DNA of 64,000 nt from contig CAXWPL010000002.1 in the NCBI GenBank assembly GCA_963666215.2, positions 1 to 64,000 of the forward strand, written 5' to 3'. Of the stretch, positions 18,114 to 27,123 are shown one piece after another. The position numbers and the translations under genes were made by a program. Numbering within the stretch: the stretch's first letter is position 1; every line of letters begins with the position of its first letter. The notes beneath the pieces are model-generated. The model saw nothing but the letters and a program-made list of their open reading frames with translations. It did not search any database and was not told the origin of the DNA. This DNA comes from Acidobacteriota bacterium. GTDB lineage: Bacteria; Acidobacteriota; UBA890; WLXD01.

Positions 18114-20408
18114 TCATGATCCTGGCCCTCCCCCGGGCTCTGGCATCAGCCCGCGATATCCGCGCTGGTTGGAGCGCGTGAGGGGCTCGAAGCCGCGATC
18201 CTGTAGCTCCTGGCTGAGGCGTTTCTTAGAAATCACGAACTCGCCGCCGGTCTCGGCCCACTGTCGCCAGCTCTCGTAGAGATCTGCGGACGATGCCCAG
18301 CGCTGGGGATTCTCCGTGACGCGCTCCTCCAGCCAACGGCCCACAGCGTCCTCGCCGGCGAGATACTCGTCGGTCGCCGCCAAAACAGCCCCCGGTGGAT
18401 CAAGCCCCCGTTCCTGCCATTCGAGGCAGCCGTCGATTGCCCAGCGCAGGATGCCCGGCCACTCGGCGCGGAGCTTCTCGGGCAGCTTCGGGTCCTGCTC
18501 GGCGGCCGGGATCTTGACAATGAACGGCACAAGGTGAAGCCGGCGTCGGATGCCCTCGTCCACTCCGCGCAGGGACGGCTTGCGGTTGCCGACGATGAAC
18601 AGTTTGAAAGTCGGGTCAAACTCGAAGAAGTCCTGCCGCATGAACCGCGCCGCGATCCGGTCGCCGCCGGTGAGCGACTTGATACGCCCCTGGGCCCAGG
18701 TCCTGCCGACCTCTGTCTCGGAACCGATCGCAAGGCGCACACCCCCAAGCCGCGCCAGCTCAGTCGGGTGGCGCTCGTTTCGCGTCACCATCAGCATCTC
18801 GGTCGGCACAGTGTTGGCGTAGTCGCCGAGGACGCCTTGTACTGTCCCGGTGAACACGCCCTTGCCATTGGCGCCGGTCCCGTAGCCGAAGACGAAAGCA
18901 TGCTCCTCGATGCTGCCGGTGAGCGCATAACCGGCGAACCGCCGCAAGTACCCGCTCAGGTCCTTGTCGTTGTTCTTGTCCTCCGCCATGATGCGGCGGA
19001 GGAACGTGTCCCATATGGGCGTCGGCGTACCGGGTGGCGCGGGCTCGACGGCGGTCGCCTTCATGATGTAGTCGTGTGGTCGTGGGTCTCGCAGCTCGCC
19101 AGTACGCAGGTCGACGGTGCCGCCCGGCGTGCCGAGCAGCATCGGGTCGCGGTCCCACTGGCCGACGTTGGCGGCCTGGGTCTCGTTGGAGCGAGCGAGG
19201 CCGATCACCTGGACGACGGTGTAGGCGCTCCGGAGCTTGTCGCCTTCGCGCTGCGCCCACTTTCGGAGGTCCTCGGCCGCCTTCGCGTCGAGGCCCTCGG
19301 CCTTGCGCTCGGCCCACTCCGCCACCTCCTCGGCCTTGTGTCGCAAGAAGCCACGGCAGCGCGTCATGTGCAGCCGGGTCTCGTCCGTCGCCCAGCGAGC
19401 CTCATCCCAGAACAGCCACCGCCCCCACTTCGCAACGTACCGCGCGTCGGGCCAGCCCTCGCCGAGCTTCAGGGCCAGGCTGTCATGTGTGAGGCCGTGA
19501 TCCTCGGACCGCTCTCTACGTCTCCGGGCGGCGATCCCCAGCAGGCGCGCCACCTGCCGGTCGTCCTGGGTCGCCGAAACCTGCCCGTGCCGGTAGCTCC
19601 TCAGCGCGGCCTCGATGGCCTTGTCGGGGAACCCCATCGCGCCGAGCGTTGCTGCGAGGCTCGCATCCAGCCCGGATCCGGACTTGTCCCCTCCGTCCTT
19701 TTCACCTCGCCAGAGCCGGCCGGCTGCGGTGGTCTCGTCCTCCAGGGCGGGCCACAGCTCCTCGGGGATTTCTGTTGAGCCGGTGGGTTTGCGCTCCCGG
19801 CGGGCGCCCCCGCCGTTGCGCATGGCGTGCTCTGCCAGCTTGGCGCTCAGGCGGCCCCAGGCCTCGCCGGCGTCCGCGATGCCCCCGCCGTTGACGGCCT
19901 CGCCCGTGAGCGCGAAGTAGCGACCCGAGACGTACGCTTCGAGTGCCGGACGCTTGCCGTTGATCGGTTCGCCCGACATCGGCAGCACCGAGGCCGGCAA
20001 CGCGGCAGGTGCACCCCGCGCGAGGATCTTGACCCCCGTACCGCTGGGGCTAATCTCGGTGTAGCTGTGAAACTCCTCAATGGCCCCCCGCGCCCACCCA
20101 GCGATCTCACCCGTCTCCGGGTTGCGGCACGCGTCGAGATCAACCCCTCCGAGCCCGCGCCCGAGCACGATGCCGATACCGGAGTAGCCTTCGCGGACAT
20201 GTGCCTGGACCGCGTCGTGGAGGGTCGACCACGTCGTGGGATCGGTCGAAGACGCCCGGCGCCCGTCCGGCTGGTAGGGGACCTTGATCGGCCTGCCTCC
20301 GCGATCTTCCGCCCGCCAGCAGACCCACCGTTGCTCGTCGGTGAGCTCGCCGAAAACCTCGGCGACACTGGCGACGTCGACCTCGACGCTCACGTTCCGG
20401 ACGCTCAC
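18114..20408 (-). CDS. P4/D5-family primase-helicase with N-terminal primase-polymerase domain
   Basis: GVDLDAC and YTEISPSGTG; SF3 Walker A GTGANGKG; IKSLTGGDRIAARFMRQDFFEF. Confidence 0.9.
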   Translation of the reverse strand: MSVRNVSVEVDVASVAEVFGELTDEQRWVCWRAEDRGGRPIKVPYQPDGRRASSTDPTTWSTLHDAVQAHVREGYSGIGIVLGRGLGGVDLDACRNPETGEIAGWARGAIEEFHSYTEISPSGTGVKILARGAPAALPASVLPMSGEPINGKRPALEAYVSGRYFALTGEAVNGGGIADAGEAWGRLSAKLAEHAMRNGGGARRERKPTGSTEIPEELWPALEDETTAAGRLWRGEKDGGDKSGSGLDASLAATLGAMGFPDKAIEAALRSYRHGQVSATQDDRQVARLLGIAARRRRERSEDHGLTHDSLALKLGEGWPDARYVAKWGRWLFWDEARWATDETRLHMTRCRGFLRHKAEEVAEWAERKAEGLDAKAAEDLRKWAQREGDKLRSAYTVVQVIGLARSNETQAANVGQWDRDPMLLGTPGGTVDLRTGELRDPRPHDYIMKATAVEPAPPGTPTPIWDTFLRRIMAEDKNNDKDLSGYLRRFAGYALTGSIEEHAFVFGYGTGANGKGVFTGTVQGVLGDYANTVPTEMLMVTRNERHPTELARLGGVRLAIGSETEVGRTWAQGRIKSLTGGDRIAARFMRQDFFEFDPTFKLFIVGNRKPSLRGVDEGIRRRLHLVPFIVKIPAAEQDPKLPEKLRAEWPGILRWAIDGCLEWQERGLDPPGAVLAATDEYLAGEDAVGRWLEERVTENPQRWASSADLYESWRQWAETGGEFVISKKRLSQELQDRGFEPLTRSNQRGYRGLMPEPGGGPGS

Positions 20409-20626
20409 GTTCCCTCACCCGACGGGTCCCACCACCGCGGTGGCCACGCAGGCTGGGCCCAGGTGGCCCGCCCGCACGCGTGGCACCGCAGCAGGGCGAA
20501 CAACGGTCCGGACTCGGGGCCCTCCGTGACGTTCACCGCGCCGCATGCCTGGCACCTCCGGTTCGTCAAGCGCGCTCCGCTACTTCGATGGGGGCGCCGC
20601 GGTGGCGAGGCGTCATGCGCGTCCAT
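20405..20626 (-). CDS. Small zinc-ribbon protein
   Basis: CQAC...CHAC; overlaps both neighbouring genes. Confidence 0.45.
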   Translation of the reverse strand: MDAHDASPPRRPHRSSGARLTNRRCQACGAVNVTEGPESGPLFALLRCHACGRATWAQPAWPPRWWDPSGEGT

Positions 20627-20816
20627 GGCCGTTCCCCCGTCCTCGGGCTCGTATCCACATTTCGAGCTCGCTGGCCCGGAATTTGATGTATCTCCCCACC
20701 CGGTAATACGGGAGGCGTGGTGGATCCTGTTCCACGGCGGCATACACCCAGCTTCGGGGCACGCCGAGTATCTCGCTCGCTGCCGCAACGTCGAGAAGAG
20801 GCTCAGGCCGCGTCAT
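20613..20816 (-). CDS. Excisionase-like HTH_17 protein
   Basis: PLLDVAAASEILGVPRSWVY...LPYYRVGRYIKFRASELEMW. Confidence 0.75.
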   Translation of the reverse strand: MTRPEPLLDVAAASEILGVPRSWVYAAVEQDPPRLPYYRVGRYIKFRASELEMWIRARGRGNGHGRA

Positions 20817-21023
20817 GGCCGAGTTTCTCGGAGGGCACGGGGAACAGGTCACGGACCCTAACGCCCAATCGACGTGCTCATAGCCGGCTCCGAGCGCAGC
20901 GGTGTCAGCTCACGCTAGACCACGCTCTACACGGGACAGCATCGGGATCGATACCCCGGTGAGGTCGGACACGTCCTCGAGCGTCAGCCGGTTCTTGTGC
21001 CGCCACGCCCGTAGCTTCGTCAT
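20813..21023 (-). pseudogene. Cro-like XRE HTH protein, frameshifted
   Basis: RBS GAGGAGG, MTKLRAWRHKNRLTLEDVSDLTGVSIPMLSRVERG then early TGA; ARRLGVRVRDLFP is in another frame. The 3' end is approximate. Confidence 0.6.
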
Positions 21024-21066
21024 GGTCGCTCTCCACCTCCTCAATAATTTGTGAGCACATGGTCGA

Positions 21067-21148
21067 AGTCTAGGCACACGGCAATTGCGCCGTCAATACT
21101 TTCTTGAAGAAATTCTACGATATTCGGAGACGGGACAGTTACCGTGTG
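21067..21148. promoter_or_regulatory. Divergent promoter region with an inverted operator pair
   Basis: 21075-21094 and the reverse complement of 21129-21148 match at 16/20; leftward TTGACG-N18-TAGACT overlaps the first copy. Confidence 0.6.
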
Positions 21149-21151
21149 GCA

Positions 21152-21964
21152 ATGAGCACGGCAAAAAACATCTCGGCTGTTGTTGGTGAGAACCTGCACA
21201 CGTGGCGGATGGACGCTGGTCTCACTCAGGATGAAGTTGCCCACTGGGCATGCTCGCTTGGGTTCGAATGGACTCAGGCAACCGTCGCTGCGATCGAGAC
21301 GGGCCGGCGTGAAGTCAGTCTCAGTCGAGTTCGTCGCCCTGCCCTTCCTCGCCCAACTAGCCGGTTCGGCCGACTCGTGGAACCGACTTGCCAGTTTCTT
21401 GCCTAGATGCGCCCGAGCCCGACACGGAATCGACGGGCGATGGCGACGACTCGAATGCTTCGGCTTTCGTGCTCGACTTGCGCACGTGCGGCGAGGTTCA
21501 GCTGTCGCCGGGTTGCTGGATTTACACCGAGCACCTCCGTGCTCTGCTGGGGGGACATCCGGCCGGGGGGCGAAAGGTACCAGAAGGACGCGCTGGTCAC
21601 CTTCCGGACTCTTGGGGAGTCGATTTCCTCCGTGCCGGAAACGATCAAGGCCTCATTGGAAGCACGCGCTAGACGATCTCGAGGCCGTTCTCCGAGCAAC
21701 GACGGCCTAGGCATCGGCCTCCTAGGCCCCCGAGATGCTGAGCAGAAGGCCGCGAAGAAGCTCGGCGTGACTGCAGACGATGTCTTGGCCGCCGCGTTGA
21801 CTCTGTGGGGGAAGACGCTGACTGACGAGCGCGACGCTCGAGCCGAGAAGCAAGTCAGCGGCGATGCGTCGCCCGGGCGATTGCAGGCCATTCGCGGCCA
21901 CATGACCCGCGACCTATTGAACGAACTTCAGCCCGTTCTCGAAAAGAAGGGAGACACGAAATGA
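21152..21964 (+). pseudogene. CI-like XRE repressor with about three frameshifts
   Basis: VVGENLHTWRMDAGLTQDEVA...WTQATVAAIETGRREVSL, continuing across frames to AEQKAAKKLGV...ERDAR...RGHMTR; ATGA overlap with the integrase. Confidence 0.6.
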
Positions 21965-23142
21965 GAGGAATCATCCGCACGCGCATCCTGCGAGACGGCA
22001 CCAAGCGCTATGACTGCCGATATCGAACCCCTGAAGGCGACCACCGGACGAAGACGTTCAGGCGGAAGAAAGACGCTGAGGCTTTCCTCGACAAGACGTG
22101 CGGCCAGCTCCGAGACGGAACCTTCCGCGAGGTTCAGCCGGCGCCGATGAAGAAGGTCTTCAAGACATGGCTCTCCGACGAGCTCGACGTCCGCCTTGCC
22201 ACTGGCGACCGCATGAAGCCGAGCACGGCCCGGACCTATCGCAACATCGTCGAGAAGCACTTCATTGACGCGTTTGGCGACTGCCCTTCCGACAGGCTCA
22301 CGCCGGCCGCGGTCGCCGCGTGGCGGAAGGAACTGGCCGCGAAGGTCGGTGAAGGTGAGATGAGCAAGAAGACGCTCAACAATCTGCTCGGTCTGCTCCG
22401 GCAAGTCCTGACGTGGGCGCGGGAGCCAGCACAGGGCTTCCTCAAGCACGATCCGATGCTCGGTATCAAGCGGATGCAGGTCGACCGCGCCGACCGTCGC
22501 GCGTCCCGTCGTGACTTCCTGCAGCACGAAGAAATGGCCGCGCTGCTCGAGGCGTGCGCAACGCCCGAGGAATCGGCCGCGGTTCACCTGGCGCTGTACT
22601 GTGGGCTGCGCCGCGGTGAATTACTCGCGCTCAAACACCGTGACATCGAAGCTGGCAACAACGGCAACGGTGGCCGGGTCCACGTGCGCCGCGCACTGTC
22701 GGCGGGCGAGGTGTCCACGCCCAAGACAAGCGGCAGCGCCCGCACCGTCGACGCACCACGAGACGTGCTCGCCGCTCTTGAGCATCTACGCGACACGGAC
22801 AGCGCCGGCTCCAACGATTACGTGTTCCGCACACCGAAGGGCACCCCGGTCGACCCCGACAACTGGAACACCCGCGTCTGGGCGAAGCTGCGGGAGCGTG
22901 CCGGCCTACGGAACTCGATCGGCCTGCACTCGCTGCGGCACACCTTCGCGTCGCTGCTGATCGACAATGGCGAGAGCATTAAGTACGTGAGCCGCCAGCT
23001 CGGCCACGCAAGTGCCTCCTTCACGCTCGATGTCTACGGGCACTGCTTCGAAGAGACCAGCGACCGCGCAATGGGACGCTTGCAAGAGGCGATCCGCGCG
23101 ACGAAGCGTCGCCGGTTCGATGTCCTCGAAGGAGGTGCCTGA
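21961..23142 (+). CDS. int: Tyrosine integrase
   Basis: Catalytic set GLRRGE (R), TPKT (K), HSLRH, LGH, DVYGH (Y); N-terminal arm-binding domain. Confidence 0.92.
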   Translation: MRGIIRTRILRDGTKRYDCRYRTPEGDHRTKTFRRKKDAEAFLDKTCGQLRDGTFREVQPAPMKKVFKTWLSDELDVRLATGDRMKPSTARTYRNIVEKHFIDAFGDCPSDRLTPAAVAAWRKELAAKVGEGEMSKKTLNNLLGLLRQVLTWAREPAQGFLKHDPMLGIKRMQVDRADRRASRRDFLQHEEMAALLEACATPEESAAVHLALYCGLRRGELLALKHRDIEAGNNGNGGRVHVRRALSAGEVSTPKTSGSARTVDAPRDVLAALEHLRDTDSAGSNDYVFRTPKGTPVDPDNWNTRVWAKLRERAGLRNSIGLHSLRHTFASLLIDNGESIKYVSRQLGHASASFTLDVYGHCFEETSDRAMGRLQEAIRATKRRRFDVLEGGA

Positions 23143-23301
23143 GTGGCCCTGGTCATGCCGCGAAATGCCACGGACGGAGCCGAAGCGGCAAGAATCAGCG
23201 GGAATCAGATGGAAGACAGGTAACCTGTAACCTGCTGACAACACGAAGGTTATCGACTTATCTCGAACGAGAAGGAATGAGCCGCAAACGCCCCAAACAG
23301 A

Positions 23302-23344
23302 CTCATAACCCGAAGGTCGCAGGTTCGAACCCTGTCCCCGCTAC
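23302..23344 (+). repeat. attR-like 3' half of initiator tRNA-Met
   Basis: CTCATAACCCGAAGGTCGCAGGTTCGAACCCTGTCCCCGCTAC runs from anticodon loop to acceptor end; no 5' half upstream; 160 bp from the integrase stop. Confidence 0.85.
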
Positions 23345-23610
23345 ACCTAGCGTCGCCGAGCGAAACCGCGCGGCGGTCTAAACGCCACCCGCCGCACACG
23401 CTTGTCTGGAACCACGCGCCTGGCTGTCCTCGCGCCCCTCCGCTTGGGAAGGAAAATGGGTAGGAGACGCCCATCCATTTGGGCTCTTTGAGGCTCTCCA
23501 GCAGAGGCGCGGAGAGAAACGCCTAGATGGCCACGCGACAGCGGTTCCGCGTGTAAATACAGGCGTTCAGGGGGGTTGCTCGCGAGGCCCGAAAAAGGGC
23601 GGGCAGAGTC

Positions 23611-23631
23611 TTTTGAATCCGGCGCGTCTGC
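23611..23631 (-). repeat. 21-bp exact copy of part of tRNA-Leu(CAA) (31171-31191)
   Basis: TTTTGAATCCGGCGCGTCTGC occurs at both sites in direct orientation. Confidence 0.8.
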
Positions 23632-23655
23632 TGATCAGCAGGGACGTCCGCTGAG

Positions 23656-25173
23656 TCAGCGCGCCAGAGCTCGCCCCACGAAGGCCTTCATGTCGGACTT
23701 CATCTTGGCCAGCGATGGCTCGTCGATGTACATCATGTGTCCCGCCTCGTAGGTCTCGATCGTGACGCGGTCGCGCAGGCCGGTGAAGTCGAACTGCGAG
23801 AACGTGAACTCGGGCCAGAAGTAGAGCTTGTCGTAGAAGCCATCGGCGACCATCACGTGCAGGTGCGGATTTTGCGCCATCGAATTGCGAAGAGTCTGAA
23901 GCAGGTTCATCCCGGGGGGTGGATCGGCCCACGGTCGCACGTCGCCCGAAACCGCGTAACCGAAGTCAGGGCGATAGCCGAGTTCTTCCCGAACGTAGCT
24001 GTTGAAGGTCTGCGTGAACGGCCCGCGGATCGCTGCCATCGCCGCGTCGTAATCGTAGGTCTCCCCGCCCGAGTCGAAGTCGTTGCCGGTGAAGCGTGAA
24101 TCGAGTCGGCCCACCGTCCGTCCCTCGGCGCGCAGCAGTTCCTTGCGGTAACGATCCATGTCGAGCCGGAAGTGAATCGCGTCGACGTACGCCTCGGACA
24201 GTCCGGTGTAGCGCGCGACCCGGCCCACGATGCCGGCTCGCTCAGACGCGGTCAGCTTGTTGCCCTGCAGCAGCGCCGTCGCGTACTCGCCGAGAGCGAA
24301 CGCCTTGGCCTTTGCGAGAGCCTCGCGCAGCGGCAAGGCCTGCAGGTCGGCGGGCAGTTTCCCGTGATACCAGGCGGTCGCGGTGGCGTGGGGAAGGCTG
24401 ATTGCGTGCCGCAGGATTCCGAAATCGCCGAACTGATCGCCAATCGACCCCGCCGAGACCAGGATGAGTCCGTTGAGGTCCATCCCGTGCCGTCCCTGAA
24501 GGGAGCCCGAAAGGCCCGCCGCCCGGCGCGACCCATAGCTCTCGCCGATGATGAACTTGGGCGAGTCCCAGCGATCGTTCTGCGACACCCAGCGAGTGAT
24601 GAACTCGGCGACCGCTCCGATATCCTCCGCAAACCCGTGGAACCGACTGGCATCGACGCCGACCAGCGCTCGGCTGAACCCGGTCGAGACGGGATCGATG
24701 AACACCAGATCGGCGACGTCGAGCATCGAGTACTCGTTGTCGATCATCGCGGCCGGCGGGATCTCGCGGGCGAGCGAACCATCGCGGTGCACGCCACCCC
24801 CGTCGCCGAGCTGCACTCGCCGCGGTCCCAACAACCCCGTGTGCATCCACACGGACGCCGACCCCGGGCCGCCGTTGAACGAGAACAGCACGGGTCGTTG
24901 CGCCACGTCGGTGACACCGTCACGGACATAGGCGATGTAGAAGACGCGGGCGAGGGTCTCTCCGTCTGTGTCGATCAGCGGCAGCGTGCCGGCGCTCGCC
25001 GTGTAGCCGACCGCTTGGCCGCCGATCACCACGGAACCCATGCTGACGGCGTCCGCCGGCCAACGCCCGCCGGGCGGCTCTTCCTGCGCGGGAGCGAACG
25101 CCAGCAGGGCGGTGGCGGCGAACGCGAACGGTAGATAACGGAAACGGCGTGCCGGATTCGGAATGAGAGTCAC
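23656..25173 (-). CDS. Secreted S10 serine carboxypeptidase
   Basis: FNGGPGSAS, GESYG, YEAGHMMY; signal peptide. Confidence 0.9.
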   Translation of the reverse strand: MTLIPNPARRFRYLPFAFAATALLAFAPAQEEPPGGRWPADAVSMGSVVIGGQAVGYTASAGTLPLIDTDGETLARVFYIAYVRDGVTDVAQRPVLFSFNGGPGSASVWMHTGLLGPRRVQLGDGGGVHRDGSLAREIPPAAMIDNEYSMLDVADLVFIDPVSTGFSRALVGVDASRFHGFAEDIGAVAEFITRWVSQNDRWDSPKFIIGESYGSRRAAGLSGSLQGRHGMDLNGLILVSAGSIGDQFGDFGILRHAISLPHATATAWYHGKLPADLQALPLREALAKAKAFALGEYATALLQGNKLTASERAGIVGRVARYTGLSEAYVDAIHFRLDMDRYRKELLRAEGRTVGRLDSRFTGNDFDSGGETYDYDAAMAAIRGPFTQTFNSYVREELGYRPDFGYAVSGDVRPWADPPPGMNLLQTLRNSMAQNPHLHVMVADGFYDKLYFWPEFTFSQFDFTGLRDRVTIETYEAGHMMYIDEPSLAKMKSDMKAFVGRALAR

Positions 25174-25345
25174 GGTCTACTCCACGGCCATGGTGAAACC
25201 GCAGGAGTGTACTGCGCCCAGGCGCGACTCTGTTGATCCCCGGTAGGCCTTCCGACTAGGCTCACCCTGTCTTTCCGGGGCATGAAGCCTTCACAACGGT
25301 CGGAAGAACACTCGGTCACCACGAGATTCTCGGGGGCCCCAAGCG

Positions 25346-25846
25346 TTGAGCGATATCCCTTCGGTGGGCGCAGCTGACCGGCTCTTGCGGCTGATTCGCC
25401 GATCGGTCGAGATGACGATCGTCGCCCTCTTCGCCGGGTTGACGATCGTCGTGTCCGTACAGGTCGTCGCGCGCTACGTGTTCAACCAGCCCCCCACTTG
25501 GACCGAGGAACTCGCCCGCTTCTGCCAGGTCTGGATCGTCCTCCTCGCGTCATCCATCTGTTTGCGCAAGGGCAGCCACCTCTCGGTCGACTATCTGGGG
25601 CCGGCCTTGCCCCCGAGAGTGCGAAGCGCGGTGGCGGTGATCAGCGGATGCCTGGTCGCGATCTACTCGGCGGTGGTGGTGATCTGGGGTGTGCGACTTC
25701 TGATGATCGGGCTGGCGCAGACGTCTCCCGCCATGCAGCTGAACATGGGGTTGGTGTATCTGATCTTCCCCATCGGCGGCGGGCTGATGTTGCTGGAATC
25801 GATCCTGGCGACGCTGCAAAGGGCTCGCGGCCGGGAGGTCTCGTGA
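25346..25846 (+). CDS. dctQ: TRAP transporter small permease
   Basis: QVVARYVFN..PTWTEELARF, HLSVD; four hydrophobic segments. Confidence 0.85.
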   Translation: MSDIPSVGAADRLLRLIRRSVEMTIVALFAGLTIVVSVQVVARYVFNQPPTWTEELARFCQVWIVLLASSICLRKGSHLSVDYLGPALPPRVRSAVAVISGCLVAIYSAVVVIWGVRLLMIGLAQTSPAMQLNMGLVYLIFPIGGGLMLLESILATLQRARGREVS

Positions 25847-27123
25847 TTCTCCTGGTGTTGACGATGCTCGTGCTGATCATCATCGGCATGCCCGTGGCGT
25901 TCGCCCTCGGAGTAGGCGCTCTGGGTGTCCTCGTGACCGAGCCGAGTCTTCCGCTCACGCTGGTGCCGCAGCGCATGTTCACCGCACTCGACTCGTGGCC
26001 GATCATGGCGGTGCCGCTGTTCATGCTGGCCGGAGGATTGATGGACAAAGGGGGCATGTCGCGGCGAATCGTGGAGTTTGCCGCCGCCTGTTTCTGCTTC
26101 GTGCGCGGAAGCCTCGGGATGGTGACCGTGATGGCTAGCATGGTGTTTGCGGGCATTTCGGGATCGTCGACCGCGGATACGGCGGCAGTGGGCTCGATCA
26201 TGCTGCCGGCGATGAGGCGCAGGGGCTACGACATGCGGTTCGCGGCCGCACTGCAGGCGGCCGGGGGAGCGATCGGCCCGGTCATACCGCCGAGCATTCT
26301 GATGATCGTGATCGGCTACGTGACCGGAACCTCCGTCGCCCAGTTGTTCCTCGCGGGTGTCGTGCCGGGGGTACTGATTGGCCTCGCCCTCATGGTGGTC
26401 GCCTATCGGCAGGCGCTCGCGGAAGGGCCCGACTTCGATCCGCCGGTGCCTTTCGACACGCGCAAGACCTTGGCTGCCGGCGTGAAGGCGCTCCCGGCTC
26501 TGGGGCTGCCGGTGCTGATCGTGTTCGGGATTCTGGGAGGGGTATTCACCGCCACCGAGGCCGCCGTCGCGGCCGTCGTATACGGGCTCGTGGTCGGACT
26601 CTTTCTCCACCGTGAGATCAGCTGGCGAGATGTTCCGTCCATCGCGCTCGATGCGGCCGAAAAGTCGTGCGTGGTGCTGTTCATAGCGGCGACGGCGATG
26701 CTGTTTGCCTGGCTGGTGGCGGCGCACCAGGTGCCGCAGGCGTTGGGGGCTTTCCTGGAGACCCACATCAGCAGCCGCGTCGTGTTCTTGATATTTCTCA
26801 ACCTGGCGTTGCTCCTGTTGGGAATGTTCCTCGAGAGCTTCTCGGCGGTAATCGTCTTCGTGCCGATCCTGTTTCCGCTGGCCATCAATTTCGGCATCGA
26901 TCCCCTCCACTTCGGGATTCTGGCCACGGTGAATCTGGCCATCGGATACATCACACCGCCGTACGGGGCCACGTTGTTCGTCGCCTGTGGCATCGCGGAG
27001 GAGAGCGTGCGTGATGTGAGTGCGCGGGTGGTGCCGATTTTGATCGCCATGCTCCTGGTGCTCGGGCTCGTGACCTACTGGCCCGACGCCGTGCTGTGGC
27101 TGCCGCGCCTGGTCGCCCAATGA
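25843..27123 (+). CDS. dctM: TRAP transporter large permease
   Basis: FAGISGSSTAD, GPVIPPSI, FTATEA, ITPPYG. Confidence 0.9.
   Translation: MILLVLTMLVLIIIGMPVAFALGVGALGVLVTEPSLPLTLVPQRMFTALDSWPIMAVPLFMLAGGLMDKGGMSRRIVEFAAACFCFVRGSLGMVTVMASMVFAGISGSSTADTAAVGSIMLPAMRRRGYDMRFAAALQAAGGAIGPVIPPSILMIVIGYVTGTSVAQLFLAGVVPGVLIGLALMVVAYRQALAEGPDFDPPVPFDTRKTLAAGVKALPALGLPVLIVFGILGGVFTATEAAVAAVVYGLVVGLFLHREISWRDVPSIALDAAEKSCVVLFIAATAMLFAWLVAAHQVPQALGAFLETHISSRVVFLIFLNLALLLLGMFLESFSAVIVFVPILFPLAINFGIDPLHFGILATVNLAIGYITPPYGATLFVACGIAEESVRDVSARVVPILIAMLLVLGLVTYWPDAVLWLPRLVAQ

Larger units (their letters stand above)
14794..23344. mobile_element. tRNA-fMet-targeted integrative phage-satellite-like element (left end not defined)
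   Basis: Integrase next to a tRNA 3' fragment, divergent HTH regulators, excisionase, primase-helicase, resolvase and terminase genes. Confidence 0.8.

Noticed and set aside
17748-18117. Small ORFs between the primase and resolvase genes
   Set aside because: They overlap the iteron and palindrome region and show no motifs; one small real gene cannot be excluded.
23270-23345. Complete tRNA-fMet gene
   Set aside because: The 5' acceptor strand and D-arm are absent, so it is treated as an att fragment.
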